Part shown: positions 8,377 to 16,891 of the stretch, piece by piece | How positions within the stretch are numbered: the first letter of the stretch is position 1 | Layout of the letters: each line of letters begins with the position of its first letter | Origin: a virus | Taxonomy: Duplodnaviria > Caudoviricetes | Strand: one strand, 5' to 3' | DNA: 33,820 bases | IMG/VR virus record: IMGVR_UViG_3300020409_000047 | Location: 1-33,820 of that record | The notes under the pieces: model-generated | Databases searched by the model: none | What the model was told of the DNA's origin: nothing | Seen by the model: the letters and a program-made list of their open reading frames with translations, nothing else | Translations under genes and position numbers: made by a program

Positions 8377-8838
8377 ATGGCTCACTTTGCAGAACTTGAT
8401 AACGAAAACAAAGTAATACGAGTAGTAGTAATATCCAACGAGGATGTAGATGCTAACGGTGGCGACTTACACCCAGATGCAGAAACTTTTGTAGCTTCTA
8501 TTGTTCCACACTCAGAAAATGGTGTTGCTTGGAAACAAACTTCTTACCACCATAATTTTAGAAAACAATATGCTGGGAATATTCATTACTACGATCCCGT
8601 TAAAGATAAATTTATAGATCAACAACCTTTTTCATCTTGGTCTTTAGACTCAAACGATGACTGGCAAGCACCAGTAACTTTTCCAAATACAGTTGATATA
8701 GGTGGTCTTAGAGCTAACGCATCATGGGATGAAGATAATCTAAGATGGATTGGTAGAACGTTTGATCATACTACTGATCCAGTAACAGAAACTGATTACG
8801 TTTGGGACGCTACTAATTTACAATGGAACGAGGTTTAA
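8377..8838 (+). CDS. Hypothetical tail-fibre-associated protein
   Basis: 153 aa with MAHFAELD, WKQTSY, FRKQYAG and WQAPV motifs. It is Trp-rich and lies next to the Gly-rich fibre gene. Confidence 0.6.
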   Translation: MAHFAELDNENKVIRVVVISNEDVDANGGDLHPDAETFVASIVPHSENGVAWKQTSYHHNFRKQYAGNIHYYDPVKDKFIDQQPFSSWSLDSNDDWQAPVTFPNTVDIGGLRANASWDEDNLRWIGRTFDHTTDPVTETDYVWDATNLQWNEV

Positions 8839-8842
8839 TAAT

Positions 8843-9871
8843 ATGTCTATTACAAAAAATGAAAGATCACCATTAGTGGGAGCAACACAAACATCAACTT
8901 TTGGAGCAGTTGTAACATCTTTTAATTCTAGTGGTAACTTTGTAGCTCCACCTGCAACAACTTCTGTAACTTATCTAGTGGTTGCTGGTGGTGGATCAGG
9001 AGGAAGAATCGGCGGAGGCGGAGGAGCAGGCGGTTTTCGTAACTCAACACCAGGAGAATCTTCTGGTGGCGGAGCTTCGGCAGAACCAGCTTTAAGTGTT
9101 ACCGCAGGTTCAACAATACCTGTTGTAGTTGGAGGAGGTGGACCAGGAACAACTAGCGGTAATGGAAATTGGAGACCAGGGAATGATTCAAGTCTTGGAC
9201 CTATTGTTTCTGCTGCAGGCGGGAGCGGTGGTAATAGGTTTGCTTACACTACTCCAAGTGGTACTGCTGGCGGTAGTCAGCTTGGACAAGATGGAGGCTC
9301 AGGCGGAGGTTCTGGTATTTGGTATAGTGTTGGTAATAAACCTGACGGAAGCGCTGCAGGTGCAGGGACAGCTAATCAAGGTTATCCAGGTGGAGGTGCT
9401 AGAAGTCCTGGCTCAAATTATGGTTGTGCTGTAGGTGGTGGTGGAGCAGGTGAAGCTGGTCAAAAAGGTAATCCTGATAATGTTATTGGAGGTAGAGGTG
9501 GACAAGGTGTAACATCTTCTATTACAGGTTCACCAGTAGCTTACGCAGATGGCGGTGGCGGAGCAGCAGGTAATAGTGGTCTTACAGCTCCAGATAACAA
9601 AGGAGGTGCTCCAGGACCAGGAGGTACTGGAGGAACAGGATATGGAAGTGGGTCTAGTCCTACTTTGCCAGCAACAGATGCAGCTGCCAATAGAGGCGGA
9701 GGTGGTGGCGGATCAGCTTATGGTCCTTCTCCTGCTTCTTTTGCAGTTGTCGGTGCAGGTGGTTCAGGATTTGTTGCTGTTAATGATCCAAAAGGTAGTT
9801 TAGTAGCATCAAGTGTTTGGAATATAAGAGAGGTCACTAAAATAAAAAAAGCAGGTGGCAACTGGTATTAA
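8843..9871 (+). CDS. Glycine-rich tail fibre / receptor-binding-type protein
   Basis: 342 aa with YLVVAGGGSGG, GGGGAGG, QGYPGG and GGSGFV motifs of the phage glycine-rich (polyglycine II-like) domain. Confidence 0.7.
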   Translation: MSITKNERSPLVGATQTSTFGAVVTSFNSSGNFVAPPATTSVTYLVVAGGGSGGRIGGGGGAGGFRNSTPGESSGGGASAEPALSVTAGSTIPVVVGGGGPGTTSGNGNWRPGNDSSLGPIVSAAGGSGGNRFAYTTPSGTAGGSQLGQDGGSGGGSGIWYSVGNKPDGSAAGAGTANQGYPGGGARSPGSNYGCAVGGGGAGEAGQKGNPDNVIGGRGGQGVTSSITGSPVAYADGGGGAAGNSGLTAPDNKGGAPGPGGTGGTGYGSGSSPTLPATDAAANRGGGGGGSAYGPSPASFAVVGAGGSGFVAVNDPKGSLVASSVWNIREVTKIKKAGGNWY

Positions 9872-9883
9872 GTAAAACCACTA

Positions 9884-10651
9884 ATGGAGTTATATTTTTG
9901 TATTAGTTTACAACGTGCAGGTAATACTTTATTAGGCAGTATTCTAAATCAAAATCCTGATATAACCTTTACAGCTAATAGTCCTCTTACTGAAATTATT
10001 TACCAACTTGATCTAATAAAAACTAATAACGAAATTCCTCAACAGCAAAATTTTCCGCATCACGATTCTTTAGATAATGTTATTAGAAAAACTTTTTATA
10101 CTTATTCTGAAACATTTAAAACAAAATATGTTATCAATAGGTGTAATTGGGGTTCAGATGGAAACCTTGAATTATTAGAAAAGTATTTTGATAAAAAAAT
10201 TAAATTTTTAATTTTGTACAGAAATCCTTTAGAGTGTTTAGCTTCGTTATTAAAAGCGTTTAAAGTTAAAAAAGAAAATATTGAAACAGATGCAGACTAT
10301 TTTATGCACCCAGAAACAGGTGTTTTAGGAAATGTTATCAAGCAAATTCCTTTAGTACAAAAAAACTATGAACATTTATTTATTACATACGACCAGTTAA
10401 TTGCTAATCCACAAAGTACAGTTAATAGTATTTATAATTTTTTTAATATACTTAAATTTGAACATACTTATACAAACTTAAAACAATTTGAAATACAAGG
10501 TGTGCAATATGATGATTCTATTTTTGGTGATGTAGATTTACACACAATAAGAACAGATAAAATAGAAAAGAAAAGATACCCAATAGAAGATTTTTTACTA
10601 CCTTCTGTTATAGAAAAATATAAACACATAGGAAAAGAATATGAATCTTAA
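9884..10651 (+). CDS. PAPS-dependent sulfotransferase
   Basis: 5'-PSB-like LQRAGNTLL, 3'-PB-like YRNPLECLAS, and ITYDQLIANP. Confidence 0.75.
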   Translation: MELYFCISLQRAGNTLLGSILNQNPDITFTANSPLTEIIYQLDLIKTNNEIPQQQNFPHHDSLDNVIRKTFYTYSETFKTKYVINRCNWGSDGNLELLEKYFDKKIKFLILYRNPLECLASLLKAFKVKKENIETDADYFMHPETGVLGNVIKQIPLVQKNYEHLFITYDQLIANPQSTVNSIYNFFNILKFEHTYTNLKQFEIQGVQYDDSIFGDVDLHTIRTDKIEKKRYPIEDFLLPSVIEKYKHIGKEYES

Positions 10652-11261
10652 ATGGTATTATTGGTATTTTAAATCTGCTATACCAGAAAAAATATGTGAC
10701 GATATAGTACGTTATGGTAAAGAACAAGATAAACAAATGGCTACTACAGGAAGCACTAATAAAAACGAACTTACAGAAGTAGAACTTAAAAACATTCAAA
10801 AGAAAAGAAAGTCAGATGTGGTATGGATGTCTGATAGATGGATATATAACGAAATACAACCCTATGTTCATCAAGCTAACTATAACGCAGGTTGGAACTT
10901 TGAATGGGATTGGTCAGAACCTTGCCAATTTACTGAATATAAAAAAGGTCAGTTTTACGATTGGCATTGTGATTCTTTTGAAGTACCTTATGACGAACCT
11001 GAAAATCCAAATAGACATGGTAAGTTAAGAAAACTCAGTATGACTGTATCACTTACTGATCCTGAAGAATACGAAGGTGGTGATCTAGAGTTTGATTTTA
11101 GAAATACAGACGAAGGCTCGCAACCAAGAATATGTGAAGAAATAAGGCAAAAGGGAAGTGTAATTGTTTTTCCCTCTTTCGTCTGGCATAGAGTTACACC
11201 AGTAACAAAAGGAACACGACACTCTTTAGTGTGTTGGAATATAGGATACCCATTTAAATGA
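10641..11261 (+). CDS. 2OG-Fe(II) oxygenase (PKHD / prolyl hydroxylase-like)
   Basis: YDWHCD (HxD), RKLSMTV, YEGGDL, and FPSFVWHRVTPVTKGTRHSLVCW (distal His and 2OG-binding Arg). Confidence 0.9.
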   Translation: MNLKWYYWYFKSAIPEKICDDIVRYGKEQDKQMATTGSTNKNELTEVELKNIQKKRKSDVVWMSDRWIYNEIQPYVHQANYNAGWNFEWDWSEPCQFTEYKKGQFYDWHCDSFEVPYDEPENPNRHGKLRKLSMTVSLTDPEEYEGGDLEFDFRNTDEGSQPRICEEIRQKGSVIVFPSFVWHRVTPVTKGTRHSLVCWNIGYPFK

Positions 11262-11806
11262 TTATTGAATTAAAAAATCCTTTGACTGAAAATTATAAAG
11301 AACTCAAAAGATTTGTAATCTCTGATAAAATTTCTTGGCACTTTAATGCTACAACTACAACTAATAACTCTAATTTGAAAAAAAAAGATATGGAGTTTTT
11401 TAGTCACATGCTTTTGGGCAGGCCTCAGCATGAAGATAATAGAATAGCAGTTCCTTATGTAAGTTCTGCATATTTTGAAAAATGCTATTTTATTTTAAAA
11501 GAAATATTAGATTTTAATAATATACCTTTTGATGTTGTCTATAGAATGAATCTTAATTTAACTTTGCATAGCAGCATTAAAGAAAGCACGCCACATCACG
11601 ATTTAAAGTTTCCGCATAAAAATATAATTATTTATTTATCTAGTTTTAAAAATGGAAAAACAATAGTGTTAGATAAAAATAATAAAAAAATGTATTCAAA
11701 CCCAAAAGAAGACAACATAATAATGTTTGATGGTGAATTAGCACATTATCACGAAAGCCCTGCAATAGACGACAAAAGAATAGTTATGGTTGCAAATTTT
11801 TTATAG
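11258..11806 (+). CDS. 2OG-Fe(II) oxygenase-like protein
   Basis: TPHHD (HxD), IIYL, MFDG..AH and KRIVMV. ATGA overlap with the previous gene. Confidence 0.7.
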   Translation: MIIELKNPLTENYKELKRFVISDKISWHFNATTTTNNSNLKKKDMEFFSHMLLGRPQHEDNRIAVPYVSSAYFEKCYFILKEILDFNNIPFDVVYRMNLNLTLHSSIKESTPHHDLKFPHKNIIIYLSSFKNGKTIVLDKNNKKMYSNPKEDNIIMFDGELAHYHESPAIDDKRIVMVANFL

Positions 11807-11814
11807 GAGCAAAA

Positions 11815-12411
11815 ATGAGTTTTAAAAAAGATAAATACCAAGTAATTAAAGGTGCTATATCAAAAGAACTAGCAGATTTTTGTTACCAATACTTTTTAAA
11901 TAAAAGAGCAGTAGCAAGACATCTATTTGATGAAAAATACATATCGCAGTTTACTGAATACTTTGGAGTTTGGAATGACTCGCAAATACCAGAAACATAT
12001 TCACACTATGCTGATATTGTTATGGAGACTTTGTTGCAACAAGTTAAACCGATCATGGAAAAGAAATCAGAAATTAAACTTATTGAAACTTATTCTTATG
12101 CAAGAATCTATAAAAAAGGTGATGAGTTAAAAAGACACAAAGATAGATATTCTTGTGAAATATCCACAACCATGAATTTAGGTGGTGATGATTGGCCTAT
12201 ATTTTTAGAGCCTGATATTAAAGTGCATTTAAAACCAGGAGATATGCTTATGTACCGTGGTTGCGATCTAGAGCATTGGCGTGAACCTTTTGAAGGTCAA
12301 GATTGTGGGCAGGTGTTTTTACACTACAACGATGCGAGTAGTAAAGATGCTGAACAAAATAAATACGACACTAGACCGATACTTGGGTTGCCTGCCTATT
12401 TTAGACAATGA
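11815..12411 (+). CDS. 2OG-Fe(II) oxygenase-like protein
   Basis: YSYARIY, LKRHKDR (HxD), PGDMLMYRG..LEHWRE and QVFLHY. Confidence 0.8.
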   Translation: MSFKKDKYQVIKGAISKELADFCYQYFLNKRAVARHLFDEKYISQFTEYFGVWNDSQIPETYSHYADIVMETLLQQVKPIMEKKSEIKLIETYSYARIYKKGDELKRHKDRYSCEISTTMNLGGDDWPIFLEPDIKVHLKPGDMLMYRGCDLEHWREPFEGQDCGQVFLHYNDASSKDAEQNKYDTRPILGLPAYFRQ

Positions 12412-12953
12412 ACTTTATAGGCGAATATCAAATAAGTGAAGATGCTGTTGATCAATTAATAGAGTATTGGAACAACAATAAAAATAACGCAGAAGACGGT
12501 ACAGTAGGTGATAATAGAGTAGATATAAACTTTAAAAAATCACTAGAAATTATGATAGCACCTGAAGAGCTTACAAACTTTTTGTATAAAGATGAATTGT
12601 TAAAATGCTTAAAACAATATGTCTCAAAATATAAATTTGCTGATAAGGTAGAATTTTACGGTATCGACCGTTTTACTAAAATACAATATTACGACAAAGG
12701 ATGGGGTTTTTACAAATGGCACATGGAAAACGATGGTTTTCCTACTGTTATAAACAGACACCTAGTTTTTAGCACATACCTGAATAATGTTGAAAATGGA
12801 GGAACAGAATTTTTATATCAAGATTTTGTTACCGAGGCTAAAAAAGGTTCAACAATTATTTTTCCCGCAGGTTGGACTCATACTCATAGAGGGCAAATAT
12901 CTCAAAACCAAGAAAAATATATTATTACAGGTTGGTTTAATTTTATTCAGTAA
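12408..12953 (+). CDS. 2OG-Fe(II) oxygenase (prolyl 4-hydroxylase-like)
   Basis: KWHME (HxE), YLNNVENGGTEF, FPAGWTHTHRG and KYIITGW. Confidence 0.85.
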   Translation: MNFIGEYQISEDAVDQLIEYWNNNKNNAEDGTVGDNRVDINFKKSLEIMIAPEELTNFLYKDELLKCLKQYVSKYKFADKVEFYGIDRFTKIQYYDKGWGFYKWHMENDGFPTVINRHLVFSTYLNNVENGGTEFLYQDFVTEAKKGSTIIFPAGWTHTHRGQISQNQEKYIITGWFNFIQ

Positions 12954-12955
12954 GA

Positions 12956-12983
12956 TTGCGATAAAGAGTTTTTGGACTATAAT
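12956..12983 (+). promoter_or_regulatory. Sigma70-like promoter upstream of the nuclease-curli-cyclase-lysis block
   Basis: TTGCGA (12956-12961), a 16-bp spacer and TATAAT (12978-12983) in a 72-bp intergenic gap. Confidence 0.5.
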
Positions 12984-13025
12984 AATATTAAGTCTTCAAT
13001 ACAAATTAAAATAAAGGAGAATATT

Positions 13026-13187
13026 ATGAGTTTTTTTAAAAGATTGTGGGGCAATCTTACTAATACAGAAGAAGTTAAAGTAAGAGCTAGAACTAAAAAA
13101 GGTAAGTTTGTGGCTGATGATAAATCAACACCAGATGTAAACGAGGCTTGGACTACAAAAAGAGTAAAGAAAACATCTAAAAAGTAA
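13026..13187 (+). CDS. Small basic protein (53 aa; start revised to ATG 13026)
   Basis: AAGGAG RBS precedes ATG 13026. Contains VRARTKKGKFVADDKSTPDVNEAW and is coupled to the nuclease by TAATG. Confidence 0.65.
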   Translation: MSFFKRLWGNLTNTEEVKVRARTKKGKFVADDKSTPDVNEAWTTKRVKKTSKK

Positions 13188-13567
13188 TGGCTAAATCACC
13201 TGATGCGTTTGTTTACAACGCAACCCTAGAACGTATTGTTGATGGAGACACATTTGATTGTTGTCTTGATCTTGGATTTGATGTAAAACTTCATAAACAA
13301 CGTGTTAGGTTAGCAGGAATAGATACACCAGAAAGTAGAACAAGGGATCTTGCAGAAAAAAAACTTGGTCTTGCTGCTAAATCAAGGCTACAAGAACTTT
13401 GTATTGGCGATATAAAAGTTAAGTCATTAGGCAAAGGTAAGTATGGTCGTATTCTAGGCATACCATATACTGAAGATGGTAGAGATATATGCCAAGTCTT
13501 AATAAAAGAAGGTCATGCAGTTGAGTACAACGGAGGCAAAAAAACAAAAGTTTGGGGTGATTACTAA
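13187..13567 (+). CDS. Thermonuclease (staphylococcal nuclease-like)
   Basis: IVDGDT, RVRLAGIDTPE and GKYGRILG SNase motifs. No signal peptide. Confidence 0.9.
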   Translation: MAKSPDAFVYNATLERIVDGDTFDCCLDLGFDVKLHKQRVRLAGIDTPESRTRDLAEKKLGLAAKSRLQELCIGDIKVKSLGKGKYGRILGIPYTEDGRDICQVLIKEGHAVEYNGGKKTKVWGDY

Positions 13568-13917
13568 TGGAGTCAGTAGTCACACTAATACAAGAGGTTG
13601 GATTTCCCATAGCAGCTGCTCTTGGCCTAGGGTGGTTTATTTATAAATTAATCATGCGTATTGTTGACGGTATGGAAACAAAATTAGATACCGTTGATGA
13701 AAAAGTAGAGGGTCAAATTGCAGCTATCGAAGAAAGATTAGGCACTAAACTTGACTCGCAACACGGTATTTTAGTAGCATTAATAGACAGAATACGTAGT
13801 TTAGATAACGAGATCATAAGACAAGATACTCTAATAAAAACAATATTGGGTGTTCCACAGTTAATAGATAGCAATAAAATAGCTAAAGCAGACAGAGATG
13901 ACCAAAGAAAAGATTGA
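13567..13917 (+). CDS. Single-TM coiled-coil membrane protein (holin/YvrJ-like N-terminus)
   Basis: IQEVGFPIAAALGLGWFIY hydrophobic segment followed by heptad-like helices. Confidence 0.55.
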   Translation: MESVVTLIQEVGFPIAAALGLGWFIYKLIMRIVDGMETKLDTVDEKVEGQIAAIEERLGTKLDSQHGILVALIDRIRSLDNEIIRQDTLIKTILGVPQLIDSNKIAKADRDDQRKD

Positions 13918-14398
13918 TCAAGAAGAATTAGAAAAATATAGACTTACGCTAACCATAGTTTTTATAGGCTTTGTATTGTTCTTTGGAATTATTGCTATAA
14001 ATTTAAAAGCAGATACTATAACTCATAAATTTAAAAACCCATCTTTTAGTGGTATTAATACCTCTTCTCATTATTTAACTATTGAAAACCAAGAGTTTAA
14101 TAGAAAAATGAGTATCAAAGAAGAAATAAAAGCTATTCAAGAACAGCTAGAAAGAGATAAAGAAAACACAACACTAGCAAGGTTTATAAGAAATTTAGAA
14201 TCAAGAATATACGCACAACTATCAAGACAGCTTGTAGAAAATTTATTTGGGGAGACACCAAGCACAGAAGGAACTTTAACACTAGAGGGAAACACTATTG
14301 AATATAGTATTGAAGATGGCGTTATCACTCTAATTATTACGGATGAAAACGGTAATGTTACAGAAATACAGCTTCCTATTGGCGATTTTTCTTTCTAG
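13898..14398 (+). CDS. csgF: Curli assembly protein CsgF homologue
   Basis: After a hydrophobic signal ending LKA, the mature N-terminus DTITHKFKNPSFSG matches the CsgF pattern (E. coli GTMTFQFRNPNFGG). Also LTIENQE and FIRNLESRIYAQLSRQL. Adjacent to csgG. Confidence 0.85.
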   Translation: MTKEKIDQEELEKYRLTLTIVFIGFVLFFGIIAINLKADTITHKFKNPSFSGINTSSHYLTIENQEFNRKMSIKEEIKAIQEQLERDKENTTLARFIRNLESRIYAQLSRQLVENLFGETPSTEGTLTLEGNTIEYSIEDGVITLIITDENGNVTEIQLPIGDFSF

Positions 14399-15212
14399 TT
14401 GTAGTATTAATCCTATTGACGAAAATTTAAGACAAGGTAAATCTTTACCAAATATTTTACAAATACAATCAAAAGATCTTTTAGAAGTATCTGAACCAAA
14501 AATACCAATCGTTGTAGCAGTTTATCCAAACAGCTTTACAGATCAAACAGGTCAGAGAAAAAGCAATAGTGAATTTGCTTTATTCTCTACAGCATTAACG
14601 CAAGCACCAGGGCATCTATTAATTAGAAGTTTGAAACATACAGCAAATGGTAAGTTTTTTAGAGTAGCTGAAAGAGTTGGACTTGATAATCTTACAAAAG
14701 AAAGACAACTTATACGTTCTGCAAGAGAACAAAACGAAAGTACAGACGGTCCAAAACCTATCATGCCGTTGCTATTTGCTGGTGTTCTTATGGAGGGAGC
14801 AGTATTAGGTTATGACTCTAATATTAAAAGTGGTGGTATAGGTGCTAGATATTTGGGTATCAGTAGCAGTAAACAATATAGAATTGATAATATAACCGTA
14901 GCTCTAAGAATGGTATCTATAGCCACTGGTGAGGTTTTGATAGATGTTTTAGTTAGCAAACAAGTTTTTAGCTATGGTCAATCACAAGATGTATTTAAGT
15001 TTATTGAAGCTGGTACAGAGCTTGTAGAAATAGAAATGGGTGATGCAGAAAATGAACCTACTACATTAGCACTACAAAGGGCTATAGAGGAGGCAGTTTT
15101 GCAAATAGTAAAAATAGGTTATGATAAAGGTTTCTGGGAGAAAAAGAATGAATCAATTAAAATTGATAAGCCTGATTGTGACGCTGACTGCGTTGACAAC
15201 ATACGGGGCTGA
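14343..15212 (+). CDS. csgG: Curli secretion channel lipoprotein CsgG homologue
   Basis: Lipobox LSSC, plus VAVY..FTDQTGQRK, FSTALTQ, F..AERVGLDNLTKERQLIR, EGAVLGYDSN..SGGIGARYLGI, QYRIDNITVALRMVS..TGEVL and ENEP..LALQRAIEEAV, all characteristic of CsgG. Confidence 0.93.
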   Translation: MKTVMLQKYSFLLAIFLSSCSINPIDENLRQGKSLPNILQIQSKDLLEVSEPKIPIVVAVYPNSFTDQTGQRKSNSEFALFSTALTQAPGHLLIRSLKHTANGKFFRVAERVGLDNLTKERQLIRSAREQNESTDGPKPIMPLLFAGVLMEGAVLGYDSNIKSGGIGARYLGISSSKQYRIDNITVALRMVSIATGEVLIDVLVSKQVFSYGQSQDVFKFIEAGTELVEIEMGDAENEPTTLALQRAIEEAVLQIVKIGYDKGFWEKKNESIKIDKPDCDADCVDNIRG

Positions 15213-15864
15213 TAACGAAATATATGTAGATCAGAGTGGTGCTACTGCTAATATTGATCTTGAACAATTAGGTTCAGGTAACATTATTGGTGGTCTTAAT
15301 TCTGTTGCAGGTACGCTAACTGCATTAGATTTAGACGGTATTACTATGACACTAGATATAAACCAGATAGGTGATTCCAATAAATTTTTAGGTGATATAT
15401 TGGGTGATACCATAACAGGATTCTTTGAGTTTGATGGAGATAGTAATACCTTCACTATACAAGGCGATCCAACTAATACTTATGGTATTGACAGTTCAAA
15501 CTATAATGTTGATGTTACAGGTAGCACAAACACCTTTACTTTAGATCATGGTACAAGTGCTTTAGCAGCAACTCTTGATTTAGATTGGATTATACAAGGT
15601 GACGGCAACACATTTGATTTCGATATAAATTATGATGGTGGAACAAGTTATGTAGACGTAGACGGTGATAGTAATACATTAAACTTTACTGGATCTGGTT
15701 ATGCAGGTGGTTACTTTTACTTAGATCAAACTGGTAATAGCAGAACATTTAACATAACACAATCAAGCACATTAGATAATGACTGGCTTAAAATTATTTC
15801 TATCGGTAATAGTGGTACTGTTTGCGTCATTCAAAACGACCAAGGTACAAGCACAAGCTGTTGA
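15148..15864 (+). CDS. Secreted curlin-like (CsgA/CsgB-type) beta-repeat protein; start revised to ATG 15148
   Basis: Signal peptide MNQLKLISLIVTLTALTTYG, then NEIYVDQSG, LEQLGSGN, INQIGDSN, FDGDSNTF, VTGSTNTF, IQGDGNTF, VDGDSNTL and DQTGNSRTF repeats. Directly downstream of csgG. Confidence 0.7.
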   Translation: MNQLKLISLIVTLTALTTYGADNEIYVDQSGATANIDLEQLGSGNIIGGLNSVAGTLTALDLDGITMTLDINQIGDSNKFLGDILGDTITGFFEFDGDSNTFTIQGDPTNTYGIDSSNYNVDVTGSTNTFTLDHGTSALAATLDLDWIIQGDGNTFDFDINYDGGTSYVDVDGDSNTLNFTGSGYAGGYFYLDQTGNSRTFNITQSSTLDNDWLKIISIGNSGTVCVIQNDQGTSTSC

Positions 15865-16891
15865 TATTGGAGACATATCTGAATTAAACGGCACAGCACA
15901 AATTGTCCGAGATAAGCCGTATGAAGCAGACTTAAAGTTTGCTATTCAAAGCAATGATGAGGCCATTACCAAAAATGGAAGAATGGCTATTACCTTCCTT
16001 GATAAATCTATTGTAAAACTTACAGAGCATAGTCAACTCCTTATTGACGAATACATTTACGACCCTGATCCTAGTAAAGCAAAGATGGCACTTACCTTTG
16101 GTCTTGGCACAGCAAGGTTTATTACAGGTAATCTTAATCGTATAGACAAACAGAATATACAACTAAAAACACCCACAGCTAATATAGCGATACGTGGGAC
16201 TGATTTTACGGCTACAGTTGATGAACTAGGGCGTAGCCTTATAATTTTGCTACCAGACGCTCTGGGGCTCTCTAGTGGCGAAATAGAGGTGGTTACAGCC
16301 ACAGGAAGTGTTTTACTTAATAAACCTTATCAAGCTACTACTGTAGATGTATTTGAAAACGCACCCACTAAGCCTGTTATTTTAGATCTTACTTTAGACA
16401 TCATAGATAATATGTTAATTGTAACGCCACCCAAAGAAGAACAATTAGATCAAGAACAAGCAACAACAACTAAAACAGTTAATTTATTAGATTTTAATGA
16501 TCTTGATATAGATTATTTAGCTGAAGATTTGTTAGAAGAAAATAATTTAGAATTTACAGAACTAGATATTAATTATTTAGATGTAAACTTTTTAGAGGAT
16601 TTACTTAATGTATTGGATGAACTAGCTGTCGAGAAAGATGAAGATCAACTTGCTTTAGCTACAGGAGTAAATATTACAGGCACGCTTATAGGTCAAGACA
16701 CTAATACCCAAATAACAACAATAGTTACAGGACAAACAATTAGTTTGCGAAGAAGCGTTAGCGAGTCAGTGCAAGTTGATTTAAATTCTGGCAACGGATA
16801 TACCGTTATCTTAATACAAGATGGTGTTTCTAATATAGTTAAAATAAATGGAGGAGGAGATAGTGTAATCACTATCACTCAGAGTGATTAA
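15779..16891 (+). CDS. Periplasmic FecR-domain protein with acidic C-terminal extension
   Basis: Signal peptide, then IGDISELNG, TKNGRMAITFLDKSIVKLTEHSQL, GTARFITG, LKTPTANIAIRGTDF and GEIEV FecR-domain motifs. Confidence 0.85.
   Translation: MTGLKLFLSVIVVLFASFKTTKVQAQAVDIGDISELNGTAQIVRDKPYEADLKFAIQSNDEAITKNGRMAITFLDKSIVKLTEHSQLLIDEYIYDPDPSKAKMALTFGLGTARFITGNLNRIDKQNIQLKTPTANIAIRGTDFTATVDELGRSLIILLPDALGLSSGEIEVVTATGSVLLNKPYQATTVDVFENAPTKPVILDLTLDIIDNMLIVTPPKEEQLDQEQATTTKTVNLLDFNDLDIDYLAEDLLEENNLEFTELDINYLDVNFLEDLLNVLDELAVEKDEDQLALATGVNITGTLIGQDTNTQITTIVTGQTISLRRSVSESVQVDLNSGNGYTVILIQDGVSNIVKINGGGDSVITITQSD

Noticed and set aside
9129-9803. Alternative-frame plus-strand ORFs inside the glycine-rich gene
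   Set aside because: They are Val/Glu/Leu-rich shadows of GGN codon runs. No lipobox or other evidence of a nested gene.
15170-15212. CDADC at the CsgG C-terminus as a metal or redox motif
   Set aside because: It lies in the overlap with the next gene's signal peptide and is more simply explained by dual-frame coding.
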